Below, piece after piece: positions 16,651-25,870 of a stretch of DNA of 64,000 nucleotides. Positions within the stretch are counted from its first letter, which is position 1; each line of letters starts with the position of its first letter. The notes beneath the pieces were generated by a model that saw only the letters and a list, made by a program, of their open reading frames with translations, searched no databases and was not told the DNA's origin. Where the stretch lies: contig OY829846.1 in assembly GCA_963691875.1 (NCBI GenBank), positions 1,952,001 to 2,016,000 of the forward strand, in the 5' to 3' direction. Source of the stretch: Aureliella sp. GTDB taxonomy: Bacteria > Planctomycetota > Planctomycetia > Pirellulales > Pirellulaceae. Made by a program: the position numbers and the translations under genes.

Positions 16651-19383
16651 CTATCTCGCCAACTGCTTTTCGATTCGGTCCAGGCTACACTCACGATCCT
16701 GGGTCCAAAGTCGATAACTCAGCGGAAAGACCTGCAAGCCCGATCGATAAAGCACTCGATATCGTTCCAAAGAGTAGGCTTCCATCAAAGCACCTGGATA
16801 GCCGACCAAATCGATTCCTGCCAATTGCCCTGAGTTTTCTACAAGCAGATCCAATTCCAATCCTGCCAATTTGAAATCTTGCCAGCAGCGGAATCCTCTC
16901 GCAGTGCATGCTTCTAGGACCTCCACTCGAAACTCATCCTGAACACGCGGAGCATCGAGATGCTTTTCCATACGTGCTTTGTCGCAAGCTTCCAACCAGC
17001 GGCGAAGCAGACTGCCGCTAGGCAGCTGATCTAGGTCAAAAGACCGATAGATCTCTTGGCGATGCCGAGCTCTAGTGATGGATACATTCAAGACTTCTGG
17101 CTGCTCGAGGAATCGAAACGATGCAGAGTGTGATTCGTTGTCTACCACTAGCGATATCAACATCAAATCGCGTTCCTCACCTTGAAAAGTGTGGGCTGTC
17201 CCTACCAACAAGCTATGCTTCTCAAATTCCTCGTACGAAAACCTTTTGTCGAGTTCTCGTGCCAGATAGTCGACTTGGCTACGAAAAGGCGATAGTATCC
17301 CAACCGATTGCGCCGCCTGAGGCAAAACTGCTCTTTCACTCTCTACCAACTGTTGCACCTGCAGCAAGATCTTCTCGGCCTCCATCTCGTTGCGTCCTGC
17401 GGACGAGCGAACCCCTTGCGTGCATACGCATTGCAGAACATCTTGCTTTTCGAGTGGCCGCTGCCGCATCACACGCAACGCACCTTGATAGAATTCGCCG
17501 TTGCTAAACTCAATGATCGGAGGCAAAGAACGAAAGTGTTCGTTGAGAAACACGACTTGGGACTGCATGACCGCTTGCTGGGTCGCATCCAGAATTGAGT
17601 TCTTGCGAAAATCAAATCGCTGCTGCTGGGTTTCTTCCAGACCTTGCGACCTTGCTATGCTCAGCTGCCGTCCCTCAGACAGGAACGAAATGTGCCTCAG
17701 TTGCTTCGGATCACCCACGATCACCACTCTCTTTGCACGTTGGAGCAGAGGCAAGCAACTCGCGATATCGCACTGCGTCGCCTCGTCAAGTATCGCCAGA
17801 TCAAAGAGATCCTCCTGCAAGGGCAGCACGTTTGCCAAGTCTGTCAATTTGCAGAGCCAGACCGGAAAGGCATGAAGCAGCGCACGAAAATCGATTTTCT
17901 GAAAGAGCTCGCGCTGCCGTCCGTCACTGCGTGCCTTGATCGCTTGGAGAAAGTGAGTCAGGTCGGACCGTTTTCGATCAAGAAGATTCTTTGTACGCTC
18001 TTCCAACGTTTGCCGTAGAAACCGCTTGCTAAGCTCAGTGCGCTGCTCCAACCGCTGTGTGTAGCTCTGCAGACTTTGCCAACCATCAAAGTCACCCAGC
18101 TGCCATTGCCGAAGCCCTTGGGTTAAACTTTTCGATAACCCACCGAATATCGTTGAAGCCATCGAAACCTCCGATTGGCCCCAGGCGATCTCACGGCTTT
18201 GATTTCGAGAAATGGATTGCTCAAGCCGCTGGAGTTCCTTGTCGAGCTTTCGAAGTTGGCGAAACTGCTGCTTTGCGGGCTCCGCTTCCTCATCTTTACA
18301 ACTAATCCCGCTTAGCAAGTTTTCAAGCGACTCTTTCAGCTTCCGAAGATGCTGCTTGCGTCCGGCACGCACTACCGCACCCGACTCGCCAATCATCTCT
18401 TCGATCTTGTCGCCGACAACATTGACGGATTGATCCATCCGCGACGCGATAAGGACCGTTTGCTTACGAGCCAAGTGATCCAAGGCCACCGACGCGATCG
18501 TATGCGACTTCCCGGTGCCCGGTGGTCCGACCACCATCGTGACGTCTTGATTTCGGCACAATCTTGCGACCTGTTCCTGGGCCTCACTGAGCGTCGACGG
18601 AGCAAGCGAAGGCAGTGTTTTGATTTCTTTCAGCTCAGGTGGCTTGGCGTCCAACAGCGTTTGAAGTGGCGCGGAATAGCGCTCCTGCTCCGACAACTCC
18701 GCCAGTTCAAACAGCACACCGCGTGTATCTGGTGAATTGGCAAGCAAGGCGATAGCCGTCGATGGCAGGCAGCATAAAGATTGTTCTTCCGACTCGCGTC
18801 TCTGCCGTACTTCTTTGCCATGCATCAACTGTGGGAAACCAGCCAAGGATGCAAAGTCGACATGAGGTAGCAAGTCCGCAAACAATGCTGCTACATCGTG
18901 CAAACGTGCCTTGGGCCATGGAGCGGGCGGCAGTCTACCGAGTGCGTTGAGCACGGCGTCAGATTCGATCTCCGCAACTTCCGCAATCTCGAGCAGGACA
19001 GGCAAATTGATGCGACAGTCCGAGAGATCTGGCGCCACGAAGTACTTCTCTTTGAGCTCGACGATCTCGGCCGGGAAATAAATTAACGGTGCACAAAGAT
19101 GCTTCACCAATTGTTCAAGCTCTGAATGCTTGCCGACAACTGGCAGCGTGGCATAAACCAGCGTCTTATCACGACGGTATTTGAAGGCATCCTTTCGCAG
19201 CTTTTCTCCGTACTTCTCGGGCAAAGGCACGCGATCGATTGTTCCACTGAGCGCTACTTCCTCGTTGTCTAAGAATCGTAGATGCCGGATCTTGCTATGC
19301 AACAAGTCCTTGATGCCGACTTCTCGATTATCCGCCTCGTAGCAATCTCGCTGGTAACGGATCAGTTGTTGCAAGTCGGCCAT
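16651..19383 (-). CDS. Superfamily I (DNA2/NAM7/Upf1-like) helicase with a C-terminal restriction-endonuclease-like domain
   Basis: GPPGTGKS, LDEATQ, VGDPKQL, EHFRS, SPFRSQ, FQGEERD and NVSITRAR; C-terminal FRVEV...GF...LAGLELDLLV. Confidence 0.88.
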   Translation of the reverse strand: MADLQQLIRYQRDCYEADNREVGIKDLLHSKIRHLRFLDNEEVALSGTIDRVPLPEKYGEKLRKDAFKYRRDKTLVYATLPVVGKHSELEQLVKHLCAPLIYFPAEIVELKEKYFVAPDLSDCRINLPVLLEIAEVAEIESDAVLNALGRLPPAPWPKARLHDVAALFADLLPHVDFASLAGFPQLMHGKEVRQRRESEEQSLCCLPSTAIALLANSPDTRGVLFELAELSEQERYSAPLQTLLDAKPPELKEIKTLPSLAPSTLSEAQEQVARLCRNQDVTMVVGPPGTGKSHTIASVALDHLARKQTVLIASRMDQSVNVVGDKIEEMIGESGAVVRAGRKQHLRKLKESLENLLSGISCKDEEAEPAKQQFRQLRKLDKELQRLEQSISRNQSREIAWGQSEVSMASTIFGGLSKSLTQGLRQWQLGDFDGWQSLQSYTQRLEQRTELSKRFLRQTLEERTKNLLDRKRSDLTHFLQAIKARSDGRQRELFQKIDFRALLHAFPVWLCKLTDLANVLPLQEDLFDLAILDEATQCDIASCLPLLQRAKRVVIVGDPKQLRHISFLSEGRQLSIARSQGLEETQQQRFDFRKNSILDATQQAVMQSQVVFLNEHFRSLPPIIEFSNGEFYQGALRVMRQRPLEKQDVLQCVCTQGVRSSAGRNEMEAEKILLQVQQLVESERAVLPQAAQSVGILSPFRSQVDYLARELDKRFSYEEFEKHSLLVGTAHTFQGEERDLMLISLVVDNESHSASFRFLEQPEVLNVSITRARHRQEIYRSFDLDQLPSGSLLRRWLEACDKARMEKHLDAPRVQDEFRVEVLEACTARGFRCWQDFKLAGLELDLLVENSGQLAGIDLVGYPGALMEAYSLERYRVLYRSGLQVFPLSYRLWTQDRECSLDRIEKQLAR

Positions 19384-19410
19384 GTGAAAAATTCATTTCC
19401 CGACAAGTTA

Positions 19411-19455
19411 CCCTCCCGCTTGGCGGGGGTCGGGCCATCAGGCCCGGGAGTGGCC
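19411..19455. repeat. GC-rich imperfect hairpin element (REP-like)
   Basis: CCCTCCCGCTTGGCGGGGGTCGGGCCATCAGGCCCGGGAG contains two short stems and is intergenic. Confidence 0.35.
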
Positions 19456-19571
19456 CACTGGCGACTAGCTTCTCTCTGCTCGCCGACTTCAAGTGAACGG
19501 GGTAAATCTCTCTTGAGGACCTACTATTCCGGAGCGTTGCCCTTCATCGCAACAAACAAGCCAGATCACCG

Positions 19572-21077
19572 TCAATCGGCACTCACCGGAATCTCGTTGA
19601 GGGTATAGTATGCCCGAGTGTGGAGCAAAGCCTCTCCATCGGCCGATCGTATATCCGGCAAATGAAAATCATGAACATGCCCTTGCACCAATCCTTCGAC
19701 CGCAATTTCCACTTGCAGCCCATCCGGCGATACCTCTGTGGCAGTGACTTTGGGAGTGGTGTGATCGACTTCGGGACTCCCGTATCCCTGCTGATAAACA
19801 TGCGTGTAAGTTTGCAGTTCGTAGCCAGCCGGATCTGAGGCGGACTCTGAATCAACCGGCTTAGTAAACCTGAGGGCAAAACCATTAGGCCGAGCCTTTA
19901 TCTCGTGGATTTCGAAGGGCGTGATTCCAGTCCAATCCAAACGTTGCAACGCGAATTCCTTTGGACCTCGTACAGGCCAGCCACGATTGGTGCCACCGAC
20001 GATCAGATCGCCTTTCGGCGTGAACTGACAAGCCAGCAACCCCGTCGCCAGTCCTTCGCGAAATGGATAACAAGCGCCTTGCCAGATCCCGTTCACTTTT
20101 TCGGTCGTAGCTCGCATCACCACACTCAGACTAAAGTCTGAAACAAAGATCTGATTCTCAAATGGCCCAAACTTGCCACCGCTACGATCCACGACGAAGC
20201 CGGAAATCGATCGCCCCATCTTGATGTAAGGAAAGACCACTGCGTAGGGCACCAGTTCTTTCACTCGCTTGCGTTCGGTCAGTAATCGGGAACGCGTGTT
20301 CGGTACGACTTCAGGTTTGTCCATGTTGTCCACTAAGTCATACCAGTTGAAGCTAACCGGATGCCCCATGAAACCTCCCTGCTCCAAGACTTTGAGACTG
20401 CAGGAACCGTTCCAAGGCCCTTGACTCTCCGCGTAAAACATCACGCCGTGCTCATTCGGTCCAATGCCACAAGGACTTCGAATACCGCTGCAAACTGGAA
20501 TCGATTCCCCCTCTGGCGTTACCTTCAAGCACCAGCCTCGAAACGGTGCATCGCTATGATAAGATTTGGAAAGACAAAGTGCGACCCAGATGTTTCCTTC
20601 AGGATCACGCTTCGAGCCAAAGGCAAACTCGTGGTAGTGCCGGAAGCCCCAAACATCACTCAGCGTATCGAATCGATCGGCGAGCCCGTCTCCATCGGTA
20701 TCGCTGACTTTGGACACCTCCGTTTGCTGAGTGATGTAGAACGCATCATCGTGAAAGGACATCCCAAGAACCTCGTCGAGTCCACTTGCGTAGCGACGAT
20801 AGGTGGGTCGAGGAAACTCATCAAAGGCGCCGTCGACGATAAAGATATCACCGCGTCGCGTTCCAATGGCAAGTTTCTCGTCCGGCAATACTTCGAAGCT
20901 GCCGGCTTCGAGTTTATGGTCGTCCGGAAGCGGAATATCGACGATGCGATAGTACTTCGACTCAGCTTCGCCCGTATCCCAGTATTCGCCCAATCTCTGA
21001 GCCAGAGAACTATTCGCAGCAATAGACGAAACAAATAAAACGCTGGCGAGAAGATGTATCTTAGAGTTCACAATCAT
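19572..21077 (-). CDS. Secreted beta-propeller protein (glucose/sorbosone dehydrogenase-like, PVC-type cytochrome partner)
   Basis: Signal peptide; DTDGDGLAD, YHEFAFG, SGIRSPCGIG, ESQGPW, FGPFENQIFV and NRGW. Overlaps the cytochrome stop. Confidence 0.7.
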   Translation of the reverse strand: MIVNSKIHLLASVLFVSSIAANSSLAQRLGEYWDTGEAESKYYRIVDIPLPDDHKLEAGSFEVLPDEKLAIGTRRGDIFIVDGAFDEFPRPTYRRYASGLDEVLGMSFHDDAFYITQQTEVSKVSDTDGDGLADRFDTLSDVWGFRHYHEFAFGSKRDPEGNIWVALCLSKSYHSDAPFRGWCLKVTPEGESIPVCSGIRSPCGIGPNEHGVMFYAESQGPWNGSCSLKVLEQGGFMGHPVSFNWYDLVDNMDKPEVVPNTRSRLLTERKRVKELVPYAVVFPYIKMGRSISGFVVDRSGGKFGPFENQIFVSDFSLSVVMRATTEKVNGIWQGACYPFREGLATGLLACQFTPKGDLIVGGTNRGWPVRGPKEFALQRLDWTGITPFEIHEIKARPNGFALRFTKPVDSESASDPAGYELQTYTHVYQQGYGSPEVDHTTPKVTATEVSPDGLQVEIAVEGLVQGHVHDFHLPDIRSADGEALLHTRAYYTLNEIPVSAD

Positions 21078-23959
21078 TCTCCTCGCAATCCATAGTCAAT
21101 TTCCACGCTCGTCTTTCCCGCTGGCAGGTCGAGCAATAACCAGACTTCCGCCAGTTTCTCATTCTCTTCTTTGACCTCGATCTGGGGATTACCGTCAGTC
21201 TCTACGGCAACGTTTCCGATCCAAACGGACTTGTTGCCATCCTTATCGATCGAGAGTTTCAGCGGACCGCCGCTGAGAAGCCGATAACGCAAGCCCTTAA
21301 CAGGCTCAGGCGTTTCAAAACGGACCGTTCGATGCAATGTCGCCTTCACTGACACGTCCGCAGCGTCACGATCTTCAAACTTGTCCTGGACTTGAATCTG
21401 CCCGAAGCGATAACGAAAAGTTGGTCTACCGCTCTTGTCGAGAGAATAGCCTAGGAATTGATGGTTAGATGGCCGACCATTATCGACTTTCCACGGTGCA
21501 TCAACGCGATCCAAATCCGGGCCTTTGGCAAGTACTTGTGGTCTCGCAAGCGGACGCACAGTACCGCTTCCCTGACCGCGCCATACGCCGCCTGGATCAG
21601 CGAACTCGCCAGCCCAAAACATCGCAACTCGCATCTGCTCTGCGTCATACGCGATGTTTGCCTGATTAGAATATCCGACGCCGATCCCACGCTTGCCGAT
21701 GTTTTGGTAGCTACGCCGGAGCATGACGGCACGGTCTTTTGCTGCCAGGAGCTTTATCGGCTCCATTCGGATTCCACGCGGCGTTCTAGCCTGTCTGCCG
21801 TCCTGTAGGTACTCCCAGATGGCCCCGATTTGCTGCTTGGTGTCGCCATCAAAGAACTGCTCTCTCATTGCCTTGCCGCCAGGCCAAAACGAAGGCATCA
21901 CCGTATTCGGGCTTAGCGACTGAGGTGCCATCATGTAGGCGTAGAACCACTCCGGTCGTAAGCGGTCACTCATTTCAGTCAGATCGACTGCTGGCATGGT
22001 CTGCGCCGGCTTTTCTTGAAAGGTGTGACAAGCGACGCAGTTCAGCCCTTGGCTCCCAATCATCTCAGTCGCTTGTTTCCGTGTTTCCTTTACGTCTGTG
22101 AAGTGAGCCATCTCGACTTCTGGTGGTGCGTCACATTTTCCAAGAAGTTCGACCAAGTGCCCCACGTTCTCTTCGCCATATTGAGGCATTCGCGTGTTCA
22201 TGTACGGACGAATGGCTTTTCCGTTGACAAGCACATCGCGAAGCCATTTCTGTTTGAGTTTCGCGCCCACTCCGGTCAAAGTGGGCGGCAATCTTCCTTG
22301 TGGTCCCAGGTTTTCATTCTCGGTATGGAAGTAGACGTCGTGTACGTCATCGACGCCCCCATACTCTTGACGGCGATGACAATTCAAGCAATTGAGAGCG
22401 GCGAAAGATGCAAGTGCTTGATCATCCTGTTTAAGTGGCTGTTGAGATTGCTCTAGAGCAGCGCGAATGCTCTTCAGCTGATCGCTGCGAAAACGGTAGC
22501 TGGGCCAATCTCCTTGAGTTTCGGAGAGACAACCAGCATACCAATCCTTTATCTCAACCGAAGCAAACACAGGATTCTGCTCCAGTGTCCCCTTCTCCGC
22601 CGAATCATGACAGCTACTGCAGCCGTACTTGGCAAAGAAGCGCTTACCCTTCATGGCCAATTTGGAATTCACGGTAAGTGCCTTGTGGCTCGTTGTCTCC
22701 GTGCCAATTAGATAGCAGGCTAGATCCACTGCCTCCCAGTGGTCGAGTCGCATGTTTGGCATACGACCTGCTGGGCGGGCAGAGTGGGGATTCTTCAAGA
22801 ATGCAACCAAACCAGCTGAGGTATACTTCTCCCCTGGGGTACCTAATGCAACGGATTGCTCCGCCAAAATCTCTTCGTTTTTCTCGTTGCGTGGAGAATG
22901 GCAAGCCACACATCCAACGTGATGAAAGAGCCGTTCTCCGCGTTTCTTTGCCGCCGCAAAGTCGGAGTCTTGCGGGGTAACACTCTTTGCAGCTTGCCCA
23001 GCAGAATTGTCTTGCGATCCAGTCTGCTCTTCTCCTATCGGCTGGTCTTGCGACCACAAGTAGTGCAGAATCGCCTCAGATACTTGTTGTTGCTCTTCTT
23101 TCGAAAGTCCTGACAGCATCACAGGCATGCTCGTCTCAGGCTTCTTTCCGTGTGGATCTGCGATGAATGCATTCACAAAGTCGGGCGCTGCGCGAGTCGC
23201 TATAGCCCGTAGATTCGGACCACGTTTGGTTGGTGCACCAAACGTAATTCCTGCAGATGCCTTTAGTTGATCGTGGCAATTCGCACAGGCAAAGTGATCA
23301 ATCCAAGCCAACCCCGCAATGCGGTCCGGAAGTGCTACGCTCATTCCTGTTGAGGCGCTGTTCGCAGAAGAGGAAGAGCCGTTCAAATTACGAAGGTACT
23401 GCACGAGATCAAGGAAAGCCTGACGGTCTTCCAATTGGTCAACAAGATCTGCGGGCATCGCCGAGATCTTGTCCTGTCGCATCTGCGCGATTTCACTGCG
23501 CAAAACCTCAACGAGACGATTGGCCTCATTCGATTCTCGGATGACAATACGCTCGTCATCCTTCTCCACGACTCGTCCTTTGAGGATCTGGTCGTCCTCG
23601 GTTAGGATCGTGGAAGACTCATAGCCCTCACGGATGACTTTGGAAGGGTAAAGTAGTGCCTCAATCAAATGCAACTCGAGAGATTTTCCCGCTGCGATCT
23701 TCAGTTGCGTCAGATCTGGGCCGACTCGATCTCTTTGGCCCTGAGCGTGGCATGTCGCGCAGTTCAACGACTTTTGCGAAAACAGAATGGCTCCACGTAC
23801 TGCATCGCCTTTCGCAATCACAGCTTTGGCCAGATTTTCGGCATCCGCTTTCTGAAGCTCGCGCAGCAGAGATGGCTTTTGTTCTTGCGCGAAGACTTGC
23901 GAGTGGAAAAAGATGAGGGACAAAGCGAATGCGATAATCGCCAAATTTGGTTTTGTCAT
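21074..23959 (-). CDS. Multi-heme c-type cytochrome (six CxxCH) with an N-terminal PVC-type heme-binding domain
   Basis: Signal peptide after MTKPN; CATCH, CANCH, CVACH, CSSCH, CLNCH and CVACH; several MP distal-ligand motifs. Confidence 0.88.
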   Translation of the reverse strand: MTKPNLAIIAFALSLIFFHSQVFAQEQKPSLLRELQKADAENLAKAVIAKGDAVRGAILFSQKSLNCATCHAQGQRDRVGPDLTQLKIAAGKSLELHLIEALLYPSKVIREGYESSTILTEDDQILKGRVVEKDDERIVIRESNEANRLVEVLRSEIAQMRQDKISAMPADLVDQLEDRQAFLDLVQYLRNLNGSSSSANSASTGMSVALPDRIAGLAWIDHFACANCHDQLKASAGITFGAPTKRGPNLRAIATRAAPDFVNAFIADPHGKKPETSMPVMLSGLSKEEQQQVSEAILHYLWSQDQPIGEEQTGSQDNSAGQAAKSVTPQDSDFAAAKKRGERLFHHVGCVACHSPRNEKNEEILAEQSVALGTPGEKYTSAGLVAFLKNPHSARPAGRMPNMRLDHWEAVDLACYLIGTETTSHKALTVNSKLAMKGKRFFAKYGCSSCHDSAEKGTLEQNPVFASVEIKDWYAGCLSETQGDWPSYRFRSDQLKSIRAALEQSQQPLKQDDQALASFAALNCLNCHRRQEYGGVDDVHDVYFHTENENLGPQGRLPPTLTGVGAKLKQKWLRDVLVNGKAIRPYMNTRMPQYGEENVGHLVELLGKCDAPPEVEMAHFTDVKETRKQATEMIGSQGLNCVACHTFQEKPAQTMPAVDLTEMSDRLRPEWFYAYMMAPQSLSPNTVMPSFWPGGKAMREQFFDGDTKQQIGAIWEYLQDGRQARTPRGIRMEPIKLLAAKDRAVMLRRSYQNIGKRGIGVGYSNQANIAYDAEQMRVAMFWAGEFADPGGVWRGQGSGTVRPLARPQVLAKGPDLDRVDAPWKVDNGRPSNHQFLGYSLDKSGRPTFRYRFGQIQVQDKFEDRDAADVSVKATLHRTVRFETPEPVKGLRYRLLSGGPLKLSIDKDGNKSVWIGNVAVETDGNPQIEVKEENEKLAEVWLLLDLPAGKTSVEIDYGLRGE

Positions 23960-24267
23960 AGAGTTGTAGGTTCTGCGAGTGCTTGTTTGCCAGCTACGTA
24001 ACATTTTAGCCCAAACCTCGAACTCGTAGTGGACTTCACCGGAAGTCCATGAAGAGTCGCACCTTCTACACTGAGCTTGCCAACAATCTTGCGTTTTGTA
24101 GGCCGCCAATAGGCGAAGCGATGTTACGACAACCACAGAAATCTGCGACCGGCAAATTGGAAACTCTTCCAAAGCAAGACGGCGTCTACAGCTGTGGTCC
24201 TTAAACGATTGGGCTGGGCGTTGTGTAACAGACTTAACCTCTAACTAGTCTCTCAACAGCTGAAACA

Positions 24268-25545
24268 CTAACGCTGTCGGACCTCTGCCGGCAAAGCAAG
24301 ATATTCATTCACTTTCTGGGGCAAGTCGACCAAAGCGGTCTTGCCAGCCATGACGATCAGCAGAACCAATCCGATAGCTCCTATAACAATCGTTCCAAGT
24401 CCATTGACCGCGTCGCCCATGACTTCACGAGAACTCGTCAGCCACAGTAGTGCTCCCGCAACCAACGGCGATACGACAACCGTCAACGCCTGAGCGACGA
24501 TCAAGGTCGGAGCCGGCTCAAAGTCCAGTAGCAATACGGCCAGCCCAACCAACATACCGATCAGAAGTGCCGAAGCGGTTAGTAACTTGGGGGCAAGAGC
24601 GTCAGGACAACTCTCCAACCCAAGTCCATCTGCAGCAAGAAAACCTCCGATCATAGAATTGATCAGAAAAGATGAATAAGCGGCACTGAACAAGCCAACA
24701 CAGAAAATCAACTTCGCTGAGCCGCCAAACGTCACTTCTAGAGTTGTCGCAACTTCAACAGGATTCTCCAGCTCCACTGGCTCACCGGTGTACAAGCCTG
24801 CCGCCGCGGTGGACATGAGCATTACGGTAATGGCGAACGTGATGCCAATGCCAATACGAGCGTCGAGCAAACCGGCCGACAAGTCTTCTTTGGTCCAACC
24901 TTTCTGCCTTACGAGATAAGCCTGATAGAAAGCGGCAGCCACAACAAAAGTCGTCCCTACTAAACCAAGCACCGGAAGAATTTCGCCAGATTTGCCCAGG
25001 GACGGCACAAAGCCACCGAGCATCGCATCGGGATCGGGACTCAGGAAAAAAAAGTTGACTACAAAGCAAACGAGCATGACGCCAACGAACGTCGCCATGA
25101 CTCTTTCCAGCATTTTATAGACGTCACGAAACAAGAACAGAAAACTGATCGCCAAACAATTGAAAGCGACAAGCAGAAACACCATGAGGGTCTTAGACTC
25201 CACGAAAGCTTCAAAAGCAGCCGCAGCGCCAATGTTGTTGCCAGACTGGAACCCTGCAGCTATGCAGAAGACGGCAAGCCCCACGCAAACGGATAACCAT
25301 TTACCGACTCGCCTTCGCAGCAGCTCACAAGGAGAGTGTTCCGCAGCGACGCCCAGCTTGGCTCCAAGTGTTGTGAACAGGACCATGAAGGCGACAGCCA
25401 CCGCTACCACCCACAGCATCGAGTAGCCGTCATTAGCCCCCACACTGGTGCTCGTCATAATGCTGCCTGGCCCGATCACCACGCATGCCGTGATCAGTCC
25501 TGGCCCCAATCGGCGGTACCAGGGTTTTCCGTTAGTCGATGGCAT
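24268..25545 (-). CDS. NRAMP-family divalent metal transporter (MntH-like, divergent)
   Basis: LGPGLITACVVIGPGSI, G-Y-S-M-L-W, FQSGN, GLVGTT and GLFSAAYSS; about 11 TM helices. Confidence 0.8.
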   Translation of the reverse strand: MPSTNGKPWYRRLGPGLITACVVIGPGSIMTSTSVGANDGYSMLWVVAVAVAFMVLFTTLGAKLGVAAEHSPCELLRRRVGKWLSVCVGLAVFCIAAGFQSGNNIGAAAAFEAFVESKTLMVFLLVAFNCLAISFLFLFRDVYKMLERVMATFVGVMLVCFVVNFFFLSPDPDAMLGGFVPSLGKSGEILPVLGLVGTTFVVAAAFYQAYLVRQKGWTKEDLSAGLLDARIGIGITFAITVMLMSTAAAGLYTGEPVELENPVEVATTLEVTFGGSAKLIFCVGLFSAAYSSFLINSMIGGFLAADGLGLESCPDALAPKLLTASALLIGMLVGLAVLLLDFEPAPTLIVAQALTVVVSPLVAGALLWLTSSREVMGDAVNGLGTIVIGAIGLVLLIVMAGKTALVDLPQKVNEYLALPAEVRQR

Positions 25546-25870
25546 ATGCTCACTCTACCTCGTCACTACGGTATCCATATGACCTACATCGCGTCGTCGT
25601 AGGCCGCCAACAAGCGAAACACTATTACGGCAAATTTATAACGAATCTAACGCCTACGTGTATGGGGCCTGACTTGCCAGTGCAAATCGTTATCAGCATG
25701 TATTTACCTGCACGCGCGCGGCCCGCTAAGTGGATGCATATTGACCAAGAGTTGTCCTGAAACCGGAAACCACTCTCCAATAACGCGCAAGCTGCTCACT
25801 TACAGGAACACACCGACAAGTTAGTGCCACGCAAGACCGGCAAAACAAGTCAGCGACGCACACCAACGCA

